The position numbers and the translations under genes were made by a program. From NCBI GenBank assembly GCA_000320545.1, contig ADNK01002494.1, positions 1-55,774 on the forward strand: a DNA stretch of 55,774 nucleotides. Direction: 5' to 3'. Shown here one piece after another: positions 46,144 through 55,774 of the stretch. Source of the stretch: Bigelowiella natans CCMP2755 (taxonomy: Eukaryota > Protista > Cercozoa). Each line of letters starts with the position of its first letter. The first letter of the stretch is position 1. Below the pieces are notes generated by a model that did not search any database, had not been told where the DNA came from, and saw nothing but the letters and a program-made list of their open reading frames with translations.

Positions 46144-46465
46144 TCAGTGCGATATGACTCCACATGGTCGAGCAAAATGCCTGAGGGAGTGAGGGTTAGA
46201 GATAAATAATGGTGATATCAGAAAAAGCAGTAATATTGCAGATAATATAAATGACAGTGACAATAACAAAGGCAACGGTGTGTGCAGTGAGGGGGGGGGA
46301 GGGCGGGTTCCATGAGATGAACTCTTCTTTTTTGGATGGCTGTCAAAATACATTAACATGTTCTCCCACTGGCGCACCGTCACGTGACACACCTCATGTA
46401 TTCGTGATATGCCCAGCTTTTCCCTCGTCTCCTTGCATTCTAGGAGTAGTAGCCCAAATTCAGGT

Positions 46466-46541
<76 letters not shown>

Positions 46542-47285
46542 AGATAGAGGGCACATAAGCGTGGGGTAGCATAACTTACTGCTACGAAAGGAACGCATGC
46601 CATCGTTGTTCTGTCTCTTCATCATCTCCACAGCTACCTTTAGCTGCATCATTGAAAGCAACCTCAACATATTCCATCTGGTGGTCCAGTGCCCATTCCC
46701 GTATCTACACGCAGCACAACACACACAACGTCTTTCACATTGATACTAGCAAATTGCCAGTGTAGAATCCAGCCTGGGTTCGCAACGGAGACAACACCGA
46801 TTCATTTCTGTGCTGAGGTGGCCCCACTTGCCAAACAGAAAAATCATCGGCGTTATATTCTGCTCGCTAAACAGTTCGGCGTGTTTGAATCGCTAAATAA
46901 CTTCTTCGCAACATCATCGTATGCTCTTCTTTGCATGAATGTAGACATATATTCTATAGTCCTCTAGGGCTGCTATCAGTTTATCTGACCTTCGTCTCAT
47001 TCTTTTCATCTATAGCGTTGCCCCTCTCTGTATGGATGGTTGGGAACATGATGATGACGACAATAGCGTCAAATAAAGGAGAGTAGCAGTGACGATGTGC
47101 TGGAAAGAACTCTTAATATTCCTAAACATCAGCATAAGTGCATCCCCATTGCTTCACAACACCCCGTTATGCACCGTACCTCGCAAAGTGTTGGCGACGA
47201 GGAGTCGAAGATTTGTGCTGCCAGGAAATGGGGGAGAATGAATATAAATGTGTTCCTCTTCGTCGTGACCAATCATCACTAGTGC

Positions 47286-47322
<37 letters not shown>

Positions 47323-48240
47323 GTCACATGCACTGCTCAACACAGCAGAAACATAACATACTAGCGTGTTCTCAACGACGGTGCTTACTACTGCCCGCCT
47401 TCCCCTCTTCTTATTTCTCTTCCAGAAGTAATTTGAAATGATGTATTAGAAATCGTGAAGGGCTTTGAGAGGGGCTCAAGTAAATATTTTTGTACTTTGC
47501 TTAGTAGATCGTATTTATTCATAGATTTATAAATCGTAGCGGTGGTGCACTTACGTCGTCGATTGAAGAAGCTGGAACCACTGCTGCAGACGAAAAAAGG
47601 TAGAGATCTGGTTGGAGATCGATGAAGGACAAAACAAAGCAGGAAGATGTAAATAACAATTATAATACTACTAATAATAATAAAAGGAGGAAGAAGAAGA
47701 AGAAGGCATCATTTGATGTCTTGACTTTTTGTACTTGCTCATTTGTTTGTTACCTTCTGTACATCAAAGATGAGAACAAATCCTTGGCAGTCCTTAGCAA
47801 GGGCTTCCTTCTAAAAAGGTAAGGGAAAGGCAGGGATGGCGATGAGGGAAGCCTACTGACACAACAATTACACGCCACGAAGAGCATTATCTACTACGAC
47901 AGCGACCTTTTCCTTGGTCAGAGCTTCGGCACTATTCTCCGACTCGTCAATATTCACCACAGAAAGCTCCAATTCCGCGTCAAAATATCTTGTCGACAAC
48001 TAAGAAAAGGGAGAAGGTGAGCGGAGTTCCAACAGCGGCAGCGTGCGGCACCAGCAGCACGAAATCCATTTACAACATCTTCGAAAGGCCGATCGTAATA
48101 CTCCGAGGACTAACGCACGTTGCTTGAATGGGAGAAGTTTCAACCCTTTCACCAATTCACTGGAATATCAGGCCCTACAGACTCATCCCCAAACACGTAG
48201 GTAACCTTAAGGCCTGCTTTCCTCCGTTGCGACCCATCAT
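46144..48240 (-). CDS. Multi-exon hypothetical protein (boundaries uncertain)
   Basis: Coding-like exons: DAELELSVVNIDESENSAEALTKEKVAVVVDNALRG; RRKPLLRTAKDLFSSLMYR; RWNMLRLLSMMQLKVAVEMMKR; PEFGLLLLECKETREKLGISRIHEVCHVTVRQWENMLMYF. Confidence 0.4.
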
Positions 48241-49050
48241 CTGACCTCAGAGCTTATTTCAACAGAACAGAAATGTCACCCCTTGTTCACCCGATGCAAC
48301 AGGTGATAGCAGTATACGGCACATACCTGAGAGGATGAACGACTTGCCAACCTGGCTCGCCCCAAGAACGAGTAGCTTGTTCGGGCTCGAGGTGGAAGGA
48401 GACGTCATTCTCTAGCGGCTGCTTCGGAAAATGCTGACCTCCGCTGCGATCTGTTTCCGAACTCGATTGCGAACAATCGTTGTCGCAGGCCCGTATCCGT
48501 GACCTTTTTTCCAAAAAAAATATAGACAATTATTTGGGCCAAAATAGTCTGGGATGTGACTGGAGCAGGAGAAGCTTTCATCGAAAATGTCGGCAGGAAA
48601 GGAATGTTTGTTTCTGTATCATGCGCTTTTTCCTTAGAAGTTCTACGGTGTTTGTTAAGAGGACGTAAATTGGCCTAACTTTCACCCTAAATATCGGGGA
48701 TTCATGCTTTCCAATCGGTATTCGTCGGATTTTTTCGGGATCACTATAAATTGCCTGAAATTCATATTCCTACAGGCAACGACAGGTCATTTGATCAAGA
48801 ATTGCCATTCTCTTGCTCCCAACGGATATGACATAACGCAAGCAAGGCGTTCAGGCTTCGCAAATAGTCTTGAAATGGAGATAATTCTTTTTAATATCTA
48901 AACTACGACAACGACTATATGCTGTCGCTACTAATTAAATGAAAGACATACTCATGACTTCCATCCCTTTCTGAGCTGAAAGCTGCCTGTCACCACCAAA
49001 ATCCATCGTGGAAACCACATATCAATCTCCCCCCACAACGCCCAAACGAG

Positions 49051-50447
49051 ATGTTTCGATCAAAAGAGCAACGCCAGCGATCATTCAAAAAAGGAATCGA
49101 TGTTGATGATGCTCGAAGGCGTCGCGACGAGGTAGATGATGTCTGTTCATTCAAAAATTAGCTTTGGCGACGTTGCTAACCCTTTCTCTTTCCTCCCCCA
49201 TATCCTCAGATAGCGATCAACCTCCGCAAGAAATCGCGCGAGGAGCAGCTCCAAAAGCGTCGTAATCGCGGTGCCAATGCTAAGAGCGTAGATAATAAGG
49301 AGAACAGCCGAGGCAACATAAACACCGGAGCGAATAACGCCGACTTGCGAAAACTGCCTGACTTCGTGCGAGCGGTGAGAGGCAGCGATGCAAATCTCCG
49401 CCATGAAGCTGTAGCTGGAATTCGCAAGGTAATTGAAAGTTTATTGCCTTCCCTCTAGAATTCTTCGCCCCCCTAGCCTCCCCTTCCCCCTCTGACCCCC
49501 ACCACCACCACCCCTTTGGACCTGCTGTATCGAATGTAATTCTTATTTTAAAAATATGCAGATTCTGTCTGTCGAGAAGATGCCGCCAATCCAGCAAGTT
49601 CTGAATACGGGCGTTGCTATGGACCTGATCAACATCCTTCGCGACAATCGCACCATGTCAAAAACGCAGTTCGAGGCATGCTGGGCGCTAACTAACATCG
49701 CATCTGGAACAAGTGCCGACACCGCAGCTCTCGTCAAAATGGGGGCAGTGGATGTGTTTATCGCCCACCTTCGCAACAACGACCCTACAGTCCGTGAGCA
49801 GGTATTATTAAAAACTGTGAGTTGATGGAAAAATGTATTCAAACCAGCATATCTAATATCATCCGCAACACGAAGTCGTTAGATTTGCTACATAATGCAG
49901 AATACTAGTTGAGCAACAGTCTATCTTCTGCATAAACATCAACGTCACCTTCTTACCTATCTATCTCATCGACAACCACAATCCTACTATATTAGGCTGT
50001 TTGGGCTCTTGGCAATGTTTGCGGAGACAGTTCTACACATCGTGATATGGTTTTGAAGAGAGATGATGCTCTTAAAGCTCTTGTAGATCTTTGCAACCAC
50101 AATGGTTCGAATATTACTACAATTCGCAACTGCGCCTGGACCCTCTCCAATCTATGCAGAGGTAGCAGTATTACAACCTTCATCTATGGCATTATTATAA
50201 GTGGCAGCGATAGATGCTGAGAGACATAAGAGTTGGATAAGAGTTGGAACAAATGTGTGAGGGTAAGGAGTTGGAGGAGCGTCTCTCATTTCTGGAAGTT
50301 GATCAACTCTCTGATGTAGAGCAGAATTGAGTCTCTTTCTTTCTTTCTTATTCAGGCAAGCCAAAGCCCAACTTCACCCAAATTCGGAAGATTCTTCCCA
50401 CTCTGCGCATGCTTCTCACCTCCCAAGACAAGTAATAAGAGAGGGGG

Positions 50448-50479
<32 letters not shown>

Positions 50480-51447
50480 AAAGACTGAGATTGATATTTG
50501 TCAAGACTTCCTTGGTAGTAATCTAACGCACACGTCGTTATTTTTTTCTTTCTCCCCTCCTCGTTGCTACTACTACTACTACTACTACTACTACTAGGGA
50601 TGTACTTACAGATACCTGCTGGGCACTTTCGTACGTCTCCGATGACAGCACAGACAATAATGAGCAGATCCAAGCTGTGATTGATATGGGATGCATTCCT
50701 TTGCTAGTGCGCTACCTTCGATCATCAGAACCCTCCATCCAGACCCCTGCCCTTCGCACAATCGGCAACGTTGTGACGGGCAGTGACCAGCAAACCCAAG
50801 TAGTGATTACCAACGGGGCCATTCCTGCTCTACGAGAGCTGCTGAGGCACTCGAAGAAGTCGATCCGCAAGGAGACTTGCTGGACGCTTTCCAACATAAC
50901 AGCAGGCAACCGCTCGCAGATCGAGTGCGTGCTGAAGCAGAACGTCATTCCTGATCTCGTGCACATCCTATCACACGGGGAGCACGATGTGCAGAAGGAG
51001 GCGACGTGGGCAATCGCGAATGCCCTGAGTGGAGGAAGCAAACAGCAGCTGGACGAGATTATCGGCCACGCTGTCATTGGTCCTCTGTGCAACATCCTTA
51101 CTGGGGTGGACGCCCGCGTGATCATCGTCGCCTTGGACGCCCTCATCAAGATTCTCGAGCACGGCGCTAAGAACAGCTACGACAGCACCAATCGGTATGC
51201 GGATGAGGTGGAGAGCTGCGGGGGACTCGATAAGATCGAGGAGCTTCAGCGCCACGACAATGAGGACATCTATGAGAAAGTGGTGTCTATCATCAAGACC
51301 TACTTCGAGACCGAAGACGATGACGAGGACGTTGGGGCTAACTTGAATCCCGTGCTCAACGAGAATGCAAACCAATTTGCTTTCGGTACAAGCACTGCTG
51401 TAGGAGGAGGAAGCAGCAATGGATTCGGCCAGGGCTTCACATTCTAA
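49051..51447 (+). CDS. KPNA: Importin subunit alpha (karyopherin alpha)
   Basis: IBB domain ([30 protein letters not shown]); ARM repeats ([39 protein letters not shown]); [19 protein letters not shown]; C-terminal ..FTF*. Confidence 0.97.
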
Positions 51448-51859
51448 AGGAATGAATATTAGATAACCTCTCAAGTAGTAGTAGTAGTAGTAGTAGTAGG
51501 ATGGGCGACCGCGAGTCGCCGAGTGATTATTAGAGCATTCATAACGGGAAGTCTTCGATGCAGGCCATCTATTTTGGTGCTTGCATTTGATTCGCATGCA
51601 CTTCTATAAATGGTTTGCGCAGTCGAACGGACGACGACATAATATGTCATTTGATAATCTTATATAATGTATCTTTGGTAAACGTGACTATTGTCACGTC
51701 GGGTGAACCTTCAAAAGCAAGCTGGTATGCACTTATAATTGCAGCATTTAAGTCAAGGGAATCATCATCGTATCATTACATTACAATCGCAAAACCTGTG
51801 ATACACGCATGTAATGTCTGTAGCATTAACTAGTTAGCTAGTTAGGTCACCATGTTGAG

Positions 51860-52254
51860 ATGTACGACTCGATGTCTAGATATGCGCTGCGCTATGCTAC
51901 GGCCATGCAAACTCCTAGCTGTGCCACGAGATAGGCCGCGCGGCACATCTAGACATCGATGCACCGAATGAGCGCTACAGCACTACTACGCTACAGACGC
52001 AATAATGCGACTAGATCTAGAGATCGATGACATGATGATGCATACGTGATAGTAGCATAGCATGTACGACTCGATGTCTAGATATGCGCTGCGCTATGCT
52101 ACGGCCATGCAAACTCCTAGCTGTGCCACGAGATAGGCCGCGCGGCACATCTAGACATCGATGCACCGAATGAGCGCTACAGACGCAATAATAATGCGAC
52201 TAGATCTAGCTAGAGATCGATGACATGATGATGCATACATGATAGTAGCATAGC
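51860..52254. repeat. Tandem duplication of a ~200-bp unit (51860-52061, 52062-52254) with a 17-bp internal inverted repeat
   Basis: Near-identical copies differing by small duplications and one substitution. Lies in the CTAG-rich intergenic tract 51830-52620. Confidence 0.9.
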
Positions 52255-52589
52255 TTGCATTGTTATTTGGAGGCTGTGTGTAACTCTCTCTAGTTGGCAA
52301 GCTAGCTCTCTAGCTCTCATATGCTAGCATGCTCATTCATACTGTCTTCTATGTACCCGCTGGACAGCAGTAGCACCCATAATAACGCGGTCTAGCTAGC
52401 TGCTAGCGGTATTGTGTTGCTCATCTGTTATCGAGTCGTAACTAACTCTAGAACTAGCTAGCTAGCTGACGCGCCATGCAATCTAGCAATATACAAGTTA
52501 GATCTCATCATGTGTCGCATAGCTGACTAGCTGAGTATGTCTAGATGTGTGACTAGAGAGAGATGCAATGTAGTAGGAAACTAAATGTC

Positions 52590-53917
52590 TCATTCGTCGA
52601 CCAGTCGTGCTAGCGTGTAGCGATTACAGTGCCTGCTGATCCTGTGACATGAGAGTTGATTGATTTTTGTCATTCTCCGCACGCAGAGACTTCTCTTCCT
52701 CAAGAGCCATCCTTTCCATTCTGTGCATACGCAAAACCTTAGCATGGAGAAATGAATACATATCTCTGAATGCTGTGCCAATGCTTCGTCTTCCTAATGC
52801 CCCACCCCCCCCCCGGTAGCCCGGGTACCTTTTCAACGTTGTCCCGCCTCCCGTTGAATGAGCCTAATAAGGGAAGGAATTCATCGGCAGACGCCACAAC
52901 TTTGTTAGCGATGAAACAAGAAATACTAAATCAATGAAGACGAAAGACAAGTCTTGAAATGGATGAAGAAATCAAGTTGATTTTGATGATATGAGGCGAT
53001 TATTGCATCCTGCCTTGAGGTCTGAGTACAGTCGTTTCACCAAGGAAGGACGTCTGATGATGATGATAATGATGATGATGATGGATACGCACAGGAGTGT
53101 CAAAGTAGAGCTCTCTTAGAAATGGATGCTGGATGATGATAATGATGATGATGATGATGGGCACTGCTGTCGCGACAGAGAGCGATCGTTTTGTTGTTAA
53201 CGAAATCTCAAAAATGAATATTGTCGCCACACTTGGTGGGTGGAAACTATCCCTAAAAACACTATTGTCCTCCTGCAATGTGGCCGCATCGCTACTACTA
53301 CTACTACTACTGCTACTATTACTACTACTTTTTGTAGAGCTGAGCAAGGAAAACACGGGAAAGCACTGGATTCTCTGAAGCCAAGACCCGAGACGTTGAT
53401 TCAAGCATTGATGGAAGGACAAAATTCTGCCCAACAAACCAAAAGCAATCGATGGAATATGGAGGAAAGAAGGAGTGAGAAACTGAGAGAACAAAAGGCA
53501 CGTGACAAGGAAAACAACGCGCCCAACACTTTGGATATGGGAGGGGAAGGAGGGGGGGTTAAATAAATCATAAATTGGATGCAAATAGATACCCCCTCAC
53601 AACCTCTGATTAAGGGAACAACTACTACCTGCGTAACAGCGATGGACATATCCAAGTTCAACACCACATGATACCTGATAATAACGACGGTAGAGGAAGG
53701 GGAGGGAGGAAAAGAAGAGAAGAAAAAAGGAAGAAGAGGAGGAGGAGGAGGAGGAGGAGGAGGAAAGGATGAATTAGGAAGGAGGATAAGGCGATAAAGG
53801 AAATTAAAGGCCTTGTGCAATATAAATATATTAAAACATAAAGTAAATGATGCCTTGGTCGATATAGGTTTGGGTGACGTTTCTACAATTTCAAACACTT
53901 CTCAAGCAAAGAAGAAG

Positions 53918-53964
<47 letters not shown>

Positions 53965-54123
53965 ATTACCATCCTGCAGGCACAAAGACTATTTCCCCCG
54001 GTTTCTGCATCAACTGCGGCAACGACGACGACAACGACAACAACGAGGGTATAAAAAGTATTATTAACATTCTTTAGCATTTATTGTTATGTGTAATTAT
54101 GTATCGATTTTCTCTCCGTGTTC

Positions 54124-54170
<47 letters not shown>

Positions 54171-54622
54171 TGTGTGTGTGTGTGTGTGCGTGTGTGTGTG
54201 TGTGTGTGTTTGTATGAACAATTGCTGTTTGTGCGTCGTCGTCCTCGTGTACTCGTACTACCTCAACATTCTCTATCCTACTATCATTAACGATTCTCGG
54301 ATAAACGTCCTGGGAGTAGGAAGTAGGAGGACGTTGTGCATAGAGTAACGTTCTTCGGTTTCATTTAAGAAGAAATATAGTGCTAGCTCGCAGTGCATTT
54401 CTCCTTTGTCATCGTCCTGTATTGTTCCCCTCTATCTTCTTTTTCACCATAACTATTTATTATAATATATACCTGCCACCAATAAGCAGGGGGGGTCGTC
54501 GGATCGCCATCCTTCAACCCTACCCAATAATTCATACGTTCCCAAAATTTCATCACATGTTGGGAAGAAGAAGAAGAAGAAGAGGAGTTGCCATTGGAGA
54601 TACGACAACTTGTTGTTGTCTC

Positions 54623-54656
<34 letters not shown>

Positions 54657-54830
54657 TGCTATTTATCACCGATGAGGCTAGTGTTCGTGCCGGGAGGGAA
54701 CAAGCACCTACGAGATACAAACACTCGCACTCAGTTAATAATAATATCATATATATAGTATTGGAGACGTATGCAGATGAGAGAGAGGTAACTAGAATCT
54801 AACCAGGAAAATGTGTCTCTACACCTACAC

Positions 54831-54868
<38 letters not shown>

Positions 54869-54879
54869 TAGATATATTA

Positions 54880-54927
<48 letters not shown>

Positions 54928-55359
54928 TATTTCCCCAACATTACTTAACATATTTACTCAACCAATATATAATACATGCAAGCAATTCACCATCGTTTTT
55001 GGCCATAAAGCAGGGCGTTCCAGGCACCAGAGCCGATGGGGTCCTTGTGCAAAGGAGAACCGGATGCTTTACTCCTGAGAAGAGCACATCAACGTCACCG
55101 CTACATTTACTACTTCTCTGAATAGATGAAGCGTGATGATGATCGGCAGCAGAGGAGTAATAGTCTACACATGCAGTACGAATATATCAATGGGAATAGC
55201 ACATATTTAGGTTCTCATTAGTTTCCTTCCCTCTGTAAATATGCACTATTTATTTGTTGATTCTTACTTACTATTACCCTACTAATAAATACGCTAGCCA
55301 TGGGTGTCCATCGTCGCCTTCTGGAAGCACCTGACCGAGAGAAACATCATCATCATCGT

Positions 55360-55391
<32 letters not shown>

Positions 55392-55422
55392 ACATTGCCA
55401 GCAGCATAAAGAGAGCGATCAC

Positions 55423-55461
<39 letters not shown>

Positions 55462-55567
55462 CTGTCCAAAGAAACATCTACATTGTAGCTAAGAACGGCT
55501 GGAAGAACCTCTGCATCATCATCTTCCCCATGGATGAAAGCTATCGTTCATGCAATAATTGTATGTT

Positions 55568-55603
<36 letters not shown>

Positions 55604-55774
55604 GTTTATTTGTGCTACTACACACTTGCTGATAGAGGTCGTCGCGGAAAGGTTTTGGGATTTGAGTAGTCTCTAAAGAGTAGTAGTAGAAGGAGTAGTA
55701 GTAGTAGTAGTAGTAGTAGTAGGAGCGGTAGCAATATTTAGAGGAGGACGCACAGGAAAGAGGGAGGAAATGAG
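52590..55774 (-). CDS. 3' part of a multi-exon hypothetical gene (5' end probably outside the window)
   Basis: Coding-like exons between microsatellite introns, e.g. GQVLPEGDDGHPWLAYLL, VMKFWERMNYWVGLKDGDPTTPPAYWWQ, YHVVLNLDMSIAVTQVVVVPLIRG, HPFLRELYFDTPVR. Confidence 0.4.

Larger units (their letters stand above)
1..55774. repeat. Abundant intronic microsatellites: (CA)n, (TA)n, (GA)n, (CAT)n, (TAG)n, (GAG)n and poly-G/C
   Basis: Dozens of perfect arrays, e.g. (TA)n at about 118-152, 10172-10213 and 54883-54922, and (CA)n(GA)n at about 3560-3635. Confidence 0.95.

Noticed and set aside
50712-51597. Antisense ORFs over importin-alpha, the formin and the 338-aa gene
   Set aside because: Shadow frames of real coding sequence.
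51860-52254. CRISPR-like or satellite array
   Set aside because: Only two ~200-bp units, no repeat-spacer structure, and a eukaryotic context.
227-55492. ORFs with poly-HT, YI, CV, SL or poly-M/I/D runs
   Set aside because: Translations of intronic microsatellites.

Overview
Gene-dense eukaryotic nuclear DNA from a protist (lineage not determinable from the sequence alone). It has GT-AG spliceosomal introns, many filled with microsatellites. Recognisable genes: an HMG-box protein, a calcineurin-B-like EF-hand protein, Bax inhibitor-1, a Cys-rich (GCC2/GCC3-like) multi-pass membrane protein, a small two-EF-hand protein, an FHOD-like formin, AAGAB/p34 and importin-alpha, plus several hypothetical genes. 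One intact, very young Ty3/gypsy LTR retrotransposon lies at 35546-41261 (minus strand, identical 326-bp LTRs, TGAG target duplication). Two signals stand out. (1) Recurring, mostly intergenic tracts have lost almost all TpA except inside CTAG, with TG/CA excess, retained CpG, and apparent Tyr->His/Cys erosion of relic ORFs. This looks like a region-targeted, RIP-like A:T->G:C hypermutation process. (2) The gypsy polyprotein ends, after an unusually compact D(27)E integrase, in a domain resembling the DIRS-type/Dam-like N6-adenine DNA methyltransferase fold with degenerate catalytic motifs. Gene boundaries were assembled by eye and many are approximate. Counts are manual.
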